Shown here in pieces: positions 1 to 10,392 of a DNA stretch of 64,000 bases (within the stretch, counting starts at the first letter, position 1; each line of letters begins with the position of its first letter). Location: the NCBI GenBank assembly GCA_910585035.1, contig CAJUEF010000004.1:1499-65498 (forward strand). Direction: 5' to 3'. The notes beneath the pieces were generated by a model. That model had not been told where the DNA came from. It did no database searches and saw only the letters and a program-made list of their open reading frames with translations. The position numbers were made by a program, and so were the translations under genes. The DNA comes from an uncultured Christensenellaceae bacterium. GTDB taxonomy: Bacteria > Bacillota > Clostridia > Christensenellales > MGBC116941.

Positions 1-497
1 CTGTTTTATCCTCCCAGCAAACTTCTACTGACGAACTTATACTTGATTCCATAAACAGCGCTATAAAAACGGGAATTGTGGAACCAGGGGATATGACGGT
101 TATAACTGCAGGATTGCCTATAGGAATGTCCGGCACTACCAATCTGCTTAAAGTGCAGGTTGTGGGTGATATTGAATGCCACGGTCTTGGAATAGGCTCA
201 GGAATTGTTGTTGGGAACCTTTGCGTGGCCTCTTCCATTGACGACGCAGTCAAAAATTTTAAAGAGGGAGACATATTAGTTACTAAATATACCATTCATG
301 AAATGCTTCCTATTATGAAGCAGTGTTCGGCTATCGTTGTTGAAGACGGGGATATTAACGGTCATGCACCGATTACTGCAATAGCTCTTGATATACCTAT
401 AATAATAGGTGTGGATAACGCAGCAAAAATATTGAAAGACGGTGCAAGAGCTACCCTTGATGTGGAACACGGAACTATACAATATACTTCATTTTAA
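1..497 (+). CDS. pyk: pyruvate kinase, 3' portion (5' end lies upstream of the window), with a PEP-utiliser-like mobile C-terminal domain
   Basis: The reading frame is open from the window edge and is the same frame as ORF 78..497. The translation ...GDMTVITAGLPIGMSGTTNLLKVQVV matches the conserved end of the PK C-domain. About 100 further aa (GDILVT...AIVVEDGDINGHAPITAIALDIPII) resemble the swivelling phosphohistidine domain appended to Bacillus-type PKs. A hairpin terminator follows. Confidence 0.8.
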   Translation, partial: VLSSQQTSTDELILDSINSAIKTGIVEPGDMTVITAGLPIGMSGTTNLLKVQVVGDIECHGLGIGSGIVVGNLCVASSIDDAVKNFKEGDILVTKYTIHEMLPIMKQCSAIVVEDGDINGHAPITAIALDIPIIIGVDNAAKILKDGARATLDVEHGTIQYTSF

Positions 498-564
498 AAC
501 GTACTTGGTTTTAATTTAAAAAGCTTTAACAAAAATAGATAATATAAATGTGTGGTGAATATTT

Positions 565-600
565 AAAAACGTTTCCTGATTATTGTGGAAACGTTTTTAT
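565..600 (+). terminator. intrinsic terminator downstream of pyk
   Basis: aaaaacgtttcc (565-576) pairs with ggaaacgttttt (587-598), and the stem runs into a T tract. Confidence 0.7.
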
Positions 601-718
601 TATAAAAATGTTTAAACATTTAAAAGCTTTTAACAGTATAAAATTTATCAAGAAAACAGCCTGATATTTTCAAAATTACAGTATATTGAAGAAAAAGGAG
701 CTTTTTAGCAACTTTTTG

Positions 719-748
719 TTGACGGATAACATATTAATAAAGTATACT
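719..748 (+). promoter_or_regulatory. candidate sigma-A promoter for the AGCS symporter gene
   Basis: TTGACG (719-724), an 18-nt spacer, then TATACT (743-748), about 65 nt upstream of the start codon. Confidence 0.4.
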
Positions 749-813
749 GTAGAAAATACTTTATCTTAGTAGAGTATAAAAAACACAAGTGTTGTTTAAG
801 GGGGATAAGTTTC

Positions 814-2178
814 ATGGAATTTATAGAAACGTTTGTAGCAACAACAAATTCCTGGCTTTGGGATTATTTGCTGCTGTTTTTATTATGCGGAACAGGAATA
901 TATTTCACAATAAGGTTGAAGTTTGTTCAAGTTACAAGGTTTAGAGAAGGAATGAAAAGGGTGTTTGGCGGTATTAAGCTTTTTGGAACAGATGCAGACG
1001 GGAATGGAATGTCATCGTTTCAGGCGCTTGCCACTGCTGTTGCAGCCCAGATAGGTACAGGAAATCTTGCCGGAGCAGCTACCGCTATTGTATCCGGCGG
1101 TCCAGGAGCTATATTCTGGATGTGGCTTTCTGCTTTTTTTGGAATGGCTACTATTTTTGCTGAGGCAAGTGTTGCCCAAAAATTTAAAAAGACTGTTGAC
1201 GGAGAGGTGACAGGCGGACCTGCTTATTATATAAGAGCTGCTTTTAATGATAATGGCTTTGGGAAATTCCTTGCTGCGATATTTTCTATTCTTATTATTT
1301 TTGCTCTTGGCTTTATGGGGAACATGGTTCAGTCTAACTCCATTGGAAGTGCGTTTCAAACAGCTTTTGGCGTTAAGGCATGGATTGTAGGTCTTATAGT
1401 TGCTGTGGTTGCAGGGTTCATATTCATTGGAGGAATTAAGAGAATTGCTTCTTTTACTGAGAAAATAGTTCCTCTTATGGCTGTTCTTTATATAGTTGGC
1501 GCTCTTGCTATAGTATTTATGAACTTTAATAAAATCGGTTATGCTTTTCAGCAGATTTTTATGGGTGCATTTTCTCCTAAGGCCCTCGGCGGTGCATTTA
1601 TCGGTATAACGGTTCAAAAGGCAATGCGTTTTGGCGTTGCAAGGGGCTTATTTTCCAATGAAGCCGGCATGGGTTCAACACCTCATGCACACGCTGTTGC
1701 CAAGGTTGACCATCCTTGTGAGCAAGGTACGGTTGCTATGATTGGTGTGTTTATTGACACCTTTGTTGTGCTTACTCTTACTGCGCTTGTAGTTATTATT
1801 TCAGGACTTAATGTTGGAACGGAGCTTGAAGGAATTAATCTTACCCAAGCTGCATTTTCCCAATATTTTGGAAGCTTTGGTAATGTGTTTATAGCTATTT
1901 GTCTTTTGTTCTTTGCTTTTTCCACAATTATAGGATGGTATTTCTTTGGTGAAGCAAATGTTAAATATCTCTTTGGTAAAAAGGCAGTTCCTGTATATGC
2001 TATTTTGGTGTTAGGTTTCGTTCTTCTTGGCTCTTTCTTAAAAGTATCCCTTGTTTGGGATTTATCAGATATGTTTAACGGACTTATGGTTATTCCTAAC
2101 CTTATAGGACTTAGCGCCCTTAGCGGTGTGGTTGCTATGTTATATAAAGAATATAATAATAAAAAGACACGCCTTTAG
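814..2178 (+). CDS. alanine/glycine:cation symporter (AGCS family)
   Basis: 454 aa polytopic membrane protein. The family-typical N-terminal region SSFQALATAVAAQIGTGNLAGAATAI..GGPGAIFWMW is present. RBS gggggat lies upstream of the ATG. Confidence 0.9.
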   Translation: MEFIETFVATTNSWLWDYLLLFLLCGTGIYFTIRLKFVQVTRFREGMKRVFGGIKLFGTDADGNGMSSFQALATAVAAQIGTGNLAGAATAIVSGGPGAIFWMWLSAFFGMATIFAEASVAQKFKKTVDGEVTGGPAYYIRAAFNDNGFGKFLAAIFSILIIFALGFMGNMVQSNSIGSAFQTAFGVKAWIVGLIVAVVAGFIFIGGIKRIASFTEKIVPLMAVLYIVGALAIVFMNFNKIGYAFQQIFMGAFSPKALGGAFIGITVQKAMRFGVARGLFSNEAGMGSTPHAHAVAKVDHPCEQGTVAMIGVFIDTFVVLTLTALVVIISGLNVGTELEGINLTQAAFSQYFGSFGNVFIAICLLFFAFSTIIGWYFFGEANVKYLFGKKAVPVYAILVLGFVLLGSFLKVSLVWDLSDMFNGLMVIPNLIGLSALSGVVAMLYKEYNNKKTRL

Positions 2179-2271
2179 GCTACAAAAGAAAAATAGACAA
2201 ATATTACTGTTGTAATTATAATAAAAAACTAGTATGATTGGTGTATAATTACAGATGGAGGTAAGCTGTAA

Positions 2272-3111
2272 ATGAGTAATTTCAGAGTGGTGGCAGACAG
2301 CTGTTGCGAAGTTACAAGGGATATGATAGGTGATATGGATTTAAAATTTGTTCCCTTTTCCATGACGGTGGATGACACTGTGTTTGTTGATAGTGAAGAT
2401 TTTGATAACAAGGCTTTTATTGAGGCTATGAAAAACAGTCCCAACTGCGCTAAATCCGGATGCCCTACTCCTTTTGATTTTGCAGAAAAAATAGACCCGG
2501 AAAAACAAACCTTTATAATAACCATTTCCGGAGCTCTTAGCGGATGCTATGAAAGCGCTACCATGGCAAGACAGGATGTGCTGGAAAAACACCCTGAGGC
2601 AAAAATTTATGTGTTTAATACCAAGTCTGCTGCTGCCGGAGAAGCTTTGGTTTTTTTAAAAATTAAAGATTGTATAGAAGAGGGAAAATCCTTTGAAGAG
2701 ATAATTGAGATAACTGAAGCATATATAAAAGATTTACAAACGCTTTTTGTTCTTGGAAGTCTTGACAATATGGTGAAAAACGGCAGAATGTCTAAAATCG
2801 CAGGCTCGGTTGCTTCATTGCTTTCTATACATCCTATTTTAATGGGAGACAGAAATGGAGAAATCGGCATTTTGGAAAAGTGCGTAGGCAGAAAGAAGGC
2901 CCTTAATAAGCTTGTTGAATCTGTTGGGAAAATGGGTGTTTCCATTTCCGGTAAACGTGCTTTTGTTACTCATTGCAACAACCTTGAAAGGGGAATGGAC
3001 ATTAAAGCAAAGCTGGAAAAGATGTATGACTTTTCTGAAGTGTTGCTTGTGGAAAACCGCGGACTTGGAACAATGTATGCCAATGACGGCGGAGTTATTG
3101 TTTGTTTTTAG
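2272..3111 (+). CDS. DegV family fatty-acid-binding protein
   Basis: 279 aa. The N-terminus ...VVADSCCEV...F.PFSMTVDD and the overall length and layout are typical of DegV/EDD-fold proteins. Confidence 0.85.
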   Translation: MSNFRVVADSCCEVTRDMIGDMDLKFVPFSMTVDDTVFVDSEDFDNKAFIEAMKNSPNCAKSGCPTPFDFAEKIDPEKQTFIITISGALSGCYESATMARQDVLEKHPEAKIYVFNTKSAAAGEALVFLKIKDCIEEGKSFEEIIEITEAYIKDLQTLFVLGSLDNMVKNGRMSKIAGSVASLLSIHPILMGDRNGEIGILEKCVGRKKALNKLVESVGKMGVSISGKRAFVTHCNNLERGMDIKAKLEKMYDFSEVLLVENRGLGTMYANDGGVIVCF

Positions 3112-3150
3112 GTTTTAAAATGCAATATTTAAAATTGTTTTGTGTAGTAC

Positions 3151-3187
3151 AAAATCCCATCTTAATAGATGGGATTTTGTTTTTTTA
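3151..3187. terminator. bidirectional intrinsic terminator between degV (+) and the M1 peptidase gene (-)
   Basis: aaaatcccatc / gatgggatttt hairpin followed by a T run. It sits between convergent genes. Confidence 0.75.
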
Positions 3188-3209
3188 GGATTATAGAAAT
3201 TAAAAATTA

Positions 3210-4664
3210 TTATACATTTGTGCTGTAAAGCCATTTATTAAAGAAAGCATCCCAATCGTATTCATAGGATTCTTTAATGTGGTTTTTTAACTGATCTGAC
3301 GATACTATGGAATAAGCGTATTTTTCATAATAGCTTTTTAAAATTTCGCATAGCTTTTCTTTGCCCATTATATTTTCCATATCTATATACATCATACTGC
3401 CTTTAATGTATACAAGCATAGACAGCTCTAAACTGGACTTGAATTTAGGAGTGTTTTTATGAACCTTGCCATCAGATACCAAATGCTTATATTTTGCATA
3501 AGGGGATAAGATGTATTGGTTTTTAAGCTGGTTGAAGGTGTTTTCATCATATTTAGAGCGGGTATATATAAGGGTGGAAAACTCTGTCAGGCTTTCATCA
3601 ACATAAGGGTCTTTTATTGGGTTGCTGCCTATAACCCCATACCACCACTGATGGGCAATTTCGTGGGCTACGGTCCATTCCAAGTCGGTTTTGCTTTCCT
3701 CGTCATATAGGTTTCCTGCTATTAATACAAGATTAGGATATTCCATGCCTCCTCCAAAATACTCACTGCCAACAACGCTGATTTGAGAATATGGGTATTT
3801 ACCAAAGGTATTATTATAAAAGGAAATGGAATCTTTGGCATAGGAAAGGGCTTCTCGTCCGTAGGTTTCATCTATAGCATAGCTTCGCACGCTGATACCA
3901 TCTACATTTTCCTCAAACATTTTTAAATGAGGGCTGGCAACAACAGCAACTTCTCTTACGTTATAAGCATCTATTTTAAGGGACTTCATTCCGTTTTCAG
4001 AGGTTGTAGTGTATTCGCCGGTGGCGGCAACTGTAAAATTTTCCGGAAGAGTCAGAGTGATGTGATAGTCTGCCATATCTGTGAAAAAGGGGTCGCCTAT
4101 ATAATTATAATCGTCTATTTGCCAGCCGTTATCATATACGGCAGCAACGGGATAAAAGCTTGTTAAATTGTAGCAGTCGTTATAATATCCCATGCGTCCT
4201 AGGCTGTTTGGAAGGCTGGTTTTATATTTAAAAGTAATTATAAGGGAATCCATTGGTGCAAGGGGATTATCGAGATTTATTTTAAGCAGTCTGTCTTTTA
4301 TTTCCGTATCCAGCTTAACGCCGAGAACAGACACTTCATATACCTCTATACCGCCTTTGTTAAAGCCACCGGGATACATGGTTTTCATATATGCAGGCTC
4401 TACCATGTTTTTATTTTGATACATATTTGGATAAAGGTGAAAATACAGTTCGCTTAGCGGCTGCTGTTCTTTGTTTACATAGTTTATACGCTGAGTGGCG
4501 GTAAAGGCGTTGTTTTCCAATACGCCGTCAATAAAATATGTATCTGAGCTTTGGGAGATTTCTATAGATTGACCGGTGGGCTGGTAATTTATTGCGGCTT
4601 CTTCTTTTGCACAGCCTGTAAACATTAAGATTGCTGCAAACAAAATTAAAGTATATTTTTTCAT
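3210..4664 (-). CDS. M1-family zinc metallopeptidase, lipoprotein
   Basis: HEIAHQWWY followed 18 residues later by E (the HExxH-x18-E gluzincin motif). The N-terminus MKKYTLILFAAILMFTGC is a lipoprotein signal with a lipobox Cys. Confidence 0.85.
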   Translation of the reverse strand: MKKYTLILFAAILMFTGCAKEEAAINYQPTGQSIEISQSSDTYFIDGVLENNAFTATQRINYVNKEQQPLSELYFHLYPNMYQNKNMVEPAYMKTMYPGGFNKGGIEVYEVSVLGVKLDTEIKDRLLKINLDNPLAPMDSLIITFKYKTSLPNSLGRMGYYNDCYNLTSFYPVAAVYDNGWQIDDYNYIGDPFFTDMADYHITLTLPENFTVAATGEYTTTSENGMKSLKIDAYNVREVAVVASPHLKMFEENVDGISVRSYAIDETYGREALSYAKDSISFYNNTFGKYPYSQISVVGSEYFGGGMEYPNLVLIAGNLYDEESKTDLEWTVAHEIAHQWWYGVIGSNPIKDPYVDESLTEFSTLIYTRSKYDENTFNQLKNQYILSPYAKYKHLVSDGKVHKNTPKFKSSLELSMLVYIKGSMMYIDMENIMGKEKLCEILKSYYEKYAYSIVSSDQLKNHIKESYEYDWDAFFNKWLYSTNV

Positions 4665-4782
4665 AAATTTGCTCCTTAAATATATTTGTTATAAGTATTG
4701 ACTCAGGTATAATAAATGTATGTTAATTTTAAGGGCGAATGATGTTATAATATTACTAATTAAGGCGAAGGCGGTGATAAAG

Positions 4783-5553
4783 GTGGACGATGCTCATAAG
4801 GAACACAGAAAAAGAATGATGACACGGTTAAAGAGAGATGGTGCATCAACATTTTTTGATCATGAGCTAGTTGAAATGCTGCTTTATTATGCAATTCCAA
4901 GGGGAGACACAAACCCAGCGGCCCACAGGCTTTTAAATGAATTTAACGGTATTAACGGCGTTTTCAAAGCCGACGCTTCTGCCCTTAAAGGAATTCACGG
5001 CGTTGGAGAGAAAAGCTCTATGCTAATTAATATTGTGGGAGAACTGCTGAGAAGAAGCGTTATTAAAACAGAAATATCCGAAAGCTACCGCATAACCAAT
5101 ACAAGTCAGGCGGTTACTTATTGCAAAACCCTTTTTCTGGATAAAAAATACGAATGCCTATATGCCATATGCCTTGATATTAAAGGTAAGGTTATTGCAG
5201 ACGGATACATTTGTGAAGGAGTTATAGACCAGGTGCCAGCCTATTCAAGAAAGGTTGTGGAAACAGCTCTTAGGCACACTGCATATACAGTTATAATTGC
5301 TCATAATCATCCGGGAGGGGAATGCAGCCCCAGCAGGGAGGATGACGAGGTTACGGAAAAGTTTCGCATTGCTCTTGAAGCTATTGGAATAACATTAAAC
5401 GATCATATTATTATTGGCGACGATGGTTATTTTTCCTATGCCAGCACAGGCAGGATGAACAGAGAAAGCCTAAGATACATGATTGAAGCGGCACAGAAAA
5501 ACAACCTTTTGCAAAAATCCCCTGAGGACTTTGACGATAAAACTATTGAGTAA
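4783..5553 (+). CDS. radC: RadC-family JAB/MPN-domain protein
   Basis: C-terminal motif HNHPGGECSPSREDDEVT (JAMM) plus an N-terminal helix-hairpin-helix region GIHGVGEKSS. The ORF track starts at 4720. I prefer the in-frame GTG at 4783, with ATG 4816 as an alternative, because family members begin close to the HR.R motif. Confidence 0.8.
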   Translation: MDDAHKEHRKRMMTRLKRDGASTFFDHELVEMLLYYAIPRGDTNPAAHRLLNEFNGINGVFKADASALKGIHGVGEKSSMLINIVGELLRRSVIKTEISESYRITNTSQAVTYCKTLFLDKKYECLYAICLDIKGKVIADGYICEGVIDQVPAYSRKVVETALRHTAYTVIIAHNHPGGECSPSREDDEVTEKFRIALEAIGITLNDHIIIGDDGYFSYASTGRMNRESLRYMIEAAQKNNLLQKSPEDFDDKTIE

Positions 5554-5667
5554 TATGCAAAAACCCTATATAATAATAAAATAATGTAAAGATAAAGGGC
5601 ATATAGAGTTGTTTTTTAAAATAAACAATAGGCGTTTTTTAAGGAAAACATAAAGGAGTAAAATTTT

Positions 5668-6453
5668 ATGGAGGTATGTTCACTGTTTAGCGGAAGCAGT
5701 GGAAATTGTATATATGTTGCAAAAGGCGAAACTAAACTACTGGTAGACGCAGGAGTTTCCGGTTCGAAGGTTATTAAGGCGCTTGAGGGAATAGGAGTAA
5801 AGCCTGAGGAGATAAATGGGATACTTGTAACTCACGAGCATACAGACCATGTTCAGGGAGCAGGAGTGCTTTCCAGAAAGCTGGATATTCCCATATATGC
5901 AACGGCTAAAACGCAGGAAGCAATGCTTGCTAAAATTGGTCAGGTTTCTTTTAAAAATCTTATAGAGATAGAAGCAAATAAAGACTTTTACATAGGGAAT
6001 ATAGATATTTCCCCGTATTCAATCCCCCATGACGCAGTGGATCCTGTTGCATATAATTTTATGAGCAGAGGGAAAAAAGTGGGAATATGCACAGACCTTG
6101 GTTTTATGCCAAAGCAGGTTTTTGAAAATGTTAAGGATTGTGATGTGCTTCTTCTCGAGGCTAACCACGACTTAAATATGCTTAACAGCGGGGCTTATCC
6201 ATATGAGCTAAAGAGAAGAATATCCGGAAAGCAGGGGCACCTTTCCAACGAAACCTGCGGAAAGGTATTGGCGCTTATAGCAGACAAGGTGCGCTCTGTC
6301 ATGCTGGGACATTTAAGCAAAGAGAATAACACAGAAGAACTTGCATTTTTAACTATAACGGAAATTCTTAAAAATGAAGGTATTACCTCTAAAGATATAA
6401 GCGTTGAGGTATTAAAGAGGGACAGATGTTCCAAAATATATAATGTAATATAG
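5668..6453 (+). CDS. MBL-fold metallo-hydrolase (YycJ/WalJ-like)
   Basis: 261 aa with motif [10 protein letters not shown] and the later D/H ligands. RBS aaaggag lies upstream. Confidence 0.85.
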   Translation: MEVCSLFSGSSGNCIYVAKGETKLLVDAGVSGSKVIKALEGIGVKPEEINGILVTHEHTDHVQGAGVLSRKLDIPIYATAKTQEAMLAKIGQVSFKNLIEIEANKDFYIGNIDISPYSIPHDAVDPVAYNFMSRGKKVGICTDLGFMPKQVFENVKDCDVLLLEANHDLNMLNSGAYPYELKRRISGKQGHLSNETCGKVLALIADKVRSVMLGHLSKENNTEELAFLTITEILKNEGITSKDISVEVLKRDRCSKIYNVI

Positions 6454-6464
6454 GAGGAAATAAA

Positions 6465-8111
6465 TTGATAGCTGATAACTTTATTACGGACATAATAGAC
6501 GAGGATAATAAAACAGGAGTATACGACTCAAGAGTGCAAACGAGATTTCCTCCCGAACCTAACGGATATTTGCATATAGGTCATGCAAAATCCATAGTTC
6601 TCAATTTCTCACTTGCAAAGAGATACGGTGGGATATGCAACCTCCGTTTCGACGATACAAATCCAATAAAAGAGGATACAGAATATGTTGATGCAATAAA
6701 AGAAGATATAAGCTGGCTGGGATTTAGCTGGGAAAATCTTTACTATGCTTCAGATTACTTTGATAAATTGTATGAATACGCGGTCTTTCTTATTAAAGAC
6801 GGTCTTGCATACGTTTGTGACCTTAGTGCTGAGGAGCTTAAGGAATACAGAGGCACCTTGACTGAGCCCGGGAAAAACTCACCTTACAGGGACAGAAGCG
6901 TAAGCGAGAATTTACAGCTGTTTGAGGATATGAAAAACGGCAAATATAAGGACGGGGAAAAGGTTTTAAGAGCCAAAATTGATATGGCGCACCCAAATAT
7001 GAATATGCGGGACCCTGCCATGTACCGCATTATGCATAAAGAGCACCATAAAACAGGGAATAAATGGTGTATCTATCCTATGTATGACTATGCCCATCCT
7101 GTAAGCGACGCCATTGAAGGAGTTACTCACAGCGTTTGTACTTTGGAGTTTGAGGCCCATCGCCCGGTATACGAATGGTTTGTAAACCATCTTGATTTTT
7201 TAGCTCCGCCAAAACAGATCGAGTTTGCAAGACTTAACTTAACAGGCACAATTATGTCCAAGCGTTATTTAAAGCAGCTTGTGGACAGTAATTTGGTAGA
7301 TGGATGGGACGACCCGAGAATGCCGACTATTTGCGGTATTCGCAGAAGAGGGTTTACGCCGGAATCCATAAGGGATTTTTGCGGACGCATAGGCGTTGCA
7401 AAGGCGAACAGCGAAGTGGATTACGCCATGCTGGAATCCTGCCTGAGAGACGACCTTGGAGAAAAGGCGCCAAGGGCTATGGCGGTTATAAATCCTTTAA
7501 AGGTGGTTATTACCAATATGCCTGAGGATGAGCTTTTTGAAATTGAGCTGGAAAACAACCCTAACGACGAAAGCGCAGGCACGAGGACGTTAGAACTGAC
7601 AAGAGAGCTGTATATTGAAAAAACTGATTTTGAAATAGACCCGCCGAAAAAATTCCACCGGTTAAAACCAGGGGGAGAGGTGCGTTTAAAAGGTGCTTAT
7701 ATAATTAAGTGTGAAGATTATAAGACAGACGAAAACGGAGAGGTTGTTGAGGTTTACTGCACCTATGATCCCGCTACCCGCTCAGGGGAGTGTGAACGCA
7801 AGGTTAAAGGCACTATTCACTGGCTGCCTTGTGATTACTGCTATAATGCGGTGGTTAATGAGTATTCAAGTCTTCTTCTTGAAGGTGAAGGAGATTTGCT
7901 AAGCAGAATAAATAAGGATTCATTGACTGTGCATAATAATGTTAAAGTGGAGAAAGGTCTTGCTCTTAGCAAGGGAGGGGATAGGTTTCAGTTTATGCGC
8001 CACGGTTATTTTGTAAGAGATACTAAAAACGGCGGACTTGTTTTTAATAAAATTGTTGGCCTTAGGGATACCTGGGCCAAGATGAATAAAAATAATACGG
8101 AGGGGAAATAG
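6465..8111 (+). CDS. glnS: glutamine--tRNA ligase
   Basis: TTG start. [17 protein letters not shown] (HIGH), [10 protein letters not shown] and MSKR (KMSKS) closely parallel the E. coli GlnRS N-terminal core. Confidence 0.92.
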   Translation: MIADNFITDIIDEDNKTGVYDSRVQTRFPPEPNGYLHIGHAKSIVLNFSLAKRYGGICNLRFDDTNPIKEDTEYVDAIKEDISWLGFSWENLYYASDYFDKLYEYAVFLIKDGLAYVCDLSAEELKEYRGTLTEPGKNSPYRDRSVSENLQLFEDMKNGKYKDGEKVLRAKIDMAHPNMNMRDPAMYRIMHKEHHKTGNKWCIYPMYDYAHPVSDAIEGVTHSVCTLEFEAHRPVYEWFVNHLDFLAPPKQIEFARLNLTGTIMSKRYLKQLVDSNLVDGWDDPRMPTICGIRRRGFTPESIRDFCGRIGVAKANSEVDYAMLESCLRDDLGEKAPRAMAVINPLKVVITNMPEDELFEIELENNPNDESAGTRTLELTRELYIEKTDFEIDPPKKFHRLKPGGEVRLKGAYIIKCEDYKTDENGEVVEVYCTYDPATRSGECERKVKGTIHWLPCDYCYNAVVNEYSSLLLEGEGDLLSRINKDSLTVHNNVKVEKGLALSKGGDRFQFMRHGYFVRDTKNGGLVFNKIVGLRDTWAKMNKNNTEGK

Positions 8112-9545
8112 ATGAAAACGAGATTTGCACCAAGCCCTACCGGATATTTGCATATAGGCGGTCTTAGAACTGCCCTTTATTCTTGGCTTTACGCAAAGGG
8201 ACGAGAAGGAAAATTTGTGCTGCGTATTGAAGATACAGACAGGGAAAGATATGTTGAAGGGGCGACAGACCTGATTTACCGCACCTTAAAGGATACGGGC
8301 CTGACATATGACGAGGGTCCTGACGTTGGTGGTCCTAACGGACCTTATATTCAGTCTCAGCGCATGGATATATACAAAAAATATGCGGATGAGCTGGTGA
8401 AAAAGGGCAAGGCTTATTACTGTTTTTGTACTAAAGAACGTTTGGAGCAAATGAGAGAAAAAGATCCTACCTTTAAATATGACAAGCATTGCAAACGTCT
8501 TTCAGCAGAGGAGATAGAGGAAAATTTAAAAAATGGTGTGCCTTATGTTATAAGACAGGACATGCCTACAGAAGGGGAGATTTCCTATGAGGACATGGTG
8601 TTTGGAACGGTAACTGTGCCTGCAAGCGATTTAGACGATAACGTGCTGATTAAGTCTGACGGTATGCCGACTTATAATTTTGCCAATGTAATTGACGACC
8701 ATCTTATGGGAATAACCCATATTATCAGAGGAACCGAATATCTTTCCAGCACGCCAAAATACAATTTGCTGTATCAGGCCTTTGGCTGGGACGTGCCTTC
8801 GTATATCCATCTGCCCCCCGTTATGAAGGACGCTCACAATAAGCTGTCCAAAAGAAACGGGGATGCCAGCTATGAGGATTTGCTTGAAAAGGGATATTTA
8901 AAGGAAGCGATTATAAATTATATAGCTCTTCTTGGCTGGAGCCCCGGGGACAACCAGGAAATATTTACATTAGAGCAGTTAACAGACGCTTTTGACGTTA
9001 GAGGAATAAACAAAAGCCCGGCAATATTTGATGAGGCAAAGCTGCGCTGGATGAACGCTGAGTATATCAGGGCCATGTCAAAGGATGAATTTTTAGCAGC
9101 TTGCGAGCCTTATTTTAAACAGGTGTTTGGAGAAAAAGAATTTAACAGGGATATTCTTTGTGAAATACTTCAGCCAAGGCTCGAAGTGTTGACTGATATT
9201 TCAAGCAAGATAAGCTTTTTGGTTGACTTTGGAAATTATGATCCTGAGCTTTTCCTGCATAAAAAGATGAAGACTAACTTTGAAATTGCAAAGAACTCCA
9301 TTGCTTATGCCATTTCAGGATTAAATAATGTAGATTGGACTCATGACTCTATTTATGACTATCTTGTTGCTATTGCAGAGACTATTGGTTATAAAAAGGG
9401 ACAGTTTTTATACAGCATAAGAATTGCAATCACAGGGGTTGCAGTAACTCCGGGAGGAGCTATTGAAGCGGCGTTGCTGCTCGGCAAAGAGGAGACTCTC
9501 AGGAGACTTAATTATTCTCTTGAGATGTTGTCACTTCGTAAATAA
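8112..9545 (+). CDS. gltX: glutamate--tRNA ligase
   Basis: RFAPSPTGYLHIGGLRTALY (HIGH), LRIEDTD and KLSKRNG (KMSKS). The ATG directly abuts the glnS stop codon (TAG at 8109-8111). Confidence 0.92.
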   Translation: MKTRFAPSPTGYLHIGGLRTALYSWLYAKGREGKFVLRIEDTDRERYVEGATDLIYRTLKDTGLTYDEGPDVGGPNGPYIQSQRMDIYKKYADELVKKGKAYYCFCTKERLEQMREKDPTFKYDKHCKRLSAEEIEENLKNGVPYVIRQDMPTEGEISYEDMVFGTVTVPASDLDDNVLIKSDGMPTYNFANVIDDHLMGITHIIRGTEYLSSTPKYNLLYQAFGWDVPSYIHLPPVMKDAHNKLSKRNGDASYEDLLEKGYLKEAIINYIALLGWSPGDNQEIFTLEQLTDAFDVRGINKSPAIFDEAKLRWMNAEYIRAMSKDEFLAACEPYFKQVFGEKEFNRDILCEILQPRLEVLTDISSKISFLVDFGNYDPELFLHKKMKTNFEIAKNSIAYAISGLNNVDWTHDSIYDYLVAIAETIGYKKGQFLYSIRIAITGVAVTPGGAIEAALLLGKEETLRRLNYSLEMLSLRK

Positions 9546-9552
9546 TTATGAT

Positions 9553-9590
9553 ATTCACCGGGCTTTTATATGTCCGGTGAATTTATTTAA
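9553..9590 (+). terminator. intrinsic terminator after gltX
   Basis: ttcaccgg (9554-9561) pairs with ccggtgaa (9574-9581), followed by tttattt. Confidence 0.65.
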
Positions 9591-9602
9591 AAGGGAGGAT
9601 TT

Positions 9603-10175
9603 ATGAGGAAAAAGATAACCTTTATACTGCTTGAACTAGCCTTTATAATTGGAGGGGCATATATAATAAAACTTGGGCAGTTCCACAACTTATCTGTAAT
9701 AGCCTTTTGCCTTGCATTTACTTTTATAATGTATTTTCTTGCCAGCCATAATATAAAGCCGGTTGACGATGGAATTTATGTTACCCTGTGCGGTTTTGTT
9801 TTCTTTGCTTCTTTTCTTGGATCTTGTTTTGACTTTTATAACCTTATAAGGTGGTATGATGATTTTTTGCATCTTTGGTCAGGGATTATTTGCTGTCAGG
9901 TGGGATTTGCTGCCACAAAGCATTTGCTTGAACCAACAGAGCCTCTTAATTCAAAAAAGAAATGGTTTGTAATGCTGTTTGTGTTTTTCCTCACTATGGG
10001 CTGCGCTTCGGTTTGGGAAATTCTGGAGTTTGGCGCTGATAATTTGCTGGGACTTAATATGCAGGCTGGAGGGCTTTCCGACACCTGTTTTGATATGTTG
10101 GATGCGCTTATAGGATGTTTGCTGACCCTGCCATATATATATACAAGGGTGAATAAAATGCATATAAATGAATAA
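9603..10175 (+). CDS. polytopic membrane protein, probably YjdF/DUF2238-like
   Basis: 190 aa with multiple TM segments. The C-terminal region SVWEILEFGADNLLGLNMQAGGLSDTCFDMLDALIGCLL resembles the remembered YjdF pattern (YELIEW...LGTQGD.WDTQ.DM..AL.G). This is a memory-based assignment only. Confidence 0.5.
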   Translation: MRKKITFILLELAFIIGGAYIIKLGQFHNLSVIAFCLAFTFIMYFLASHNIKPVDDGIYVTLCGFVFFASFLGSCFDFYNLIRWYDDFLHLWSGIICCQVGFAATKHLLEPTEPLNSKKKWFVMLFVFFLTMGCASVWEILEFGADNLLGLNMQAGGLSDTCFDMLDALIGCLLTLPYIYTRVNKMHINE

Positions 10176-10280
10176 ATAATCATAAATAAATATAGTGAAC
10201 CATATAAAGTTACCTGTGACTAACACTTTAAGTAGTTGGTTTTGGGTAACTTTTGTTTTTGGATTTAAATCAAAAATAAG

Positions 10281-10309
10281 TTGACACAAATTAATAATTA
10301 TGATAATAT
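10281..10309 (+). promoter_or_regulatory. candidate sigma-A promoter upstream of the CDF transporter leader
   Basis: TTGACA (10281-10286), a 17-nt spacer, then TAATAT (10304-10309). Confidence 0.55.
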
Positions 10310-10366
10310 TATATAAAAACAAGGGAAATAAAATAAATTTATATATTATTGATTTTTGTAAAAATG

Positions 10367-10392
10367 CCTATTCTATAGAATAGGGGTTTTTT
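10367..10392 (+). terminator. intrinsic terminator-like hairpin in the CDF leader
   Basis: cctattctatagaatagg palindrome (10367-10384) followed by ggtttttt. It lies about 45 nt upstream of the CDF start codon and about 60 nt downstream of the candidate promoter. Confidence 0.55.

Noticed and set aside
498-813. An expected glycine riboswitch upstream of the AGCS alanine/glycine symporter.
   Set aside because: The conserved GGAGAG...CACCG...GGGGCAA-type cores are not present. The region contains only the pyk terminator, an AT palindrome and a promoter-like sequence.
1012-1617. Long antisense ORFs in the six-frame track. Examples: 1012..1617 -, 10546..10914 -, 15068..15466 -, 18859..19350 -, 23601..24068 -, 35652..36098 -, 40744..41247 -, 44363..44863 -, 47164..47778 +, 59783..60271 -.
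   Set aside because: Each lies opposite a gene with strong family motifs. They have no SD sequence, show low-complexity or Cys/Ser/Phe-rich shadow-frame composition, and carry no recognisable domain. I treat them as shadow ORFs.
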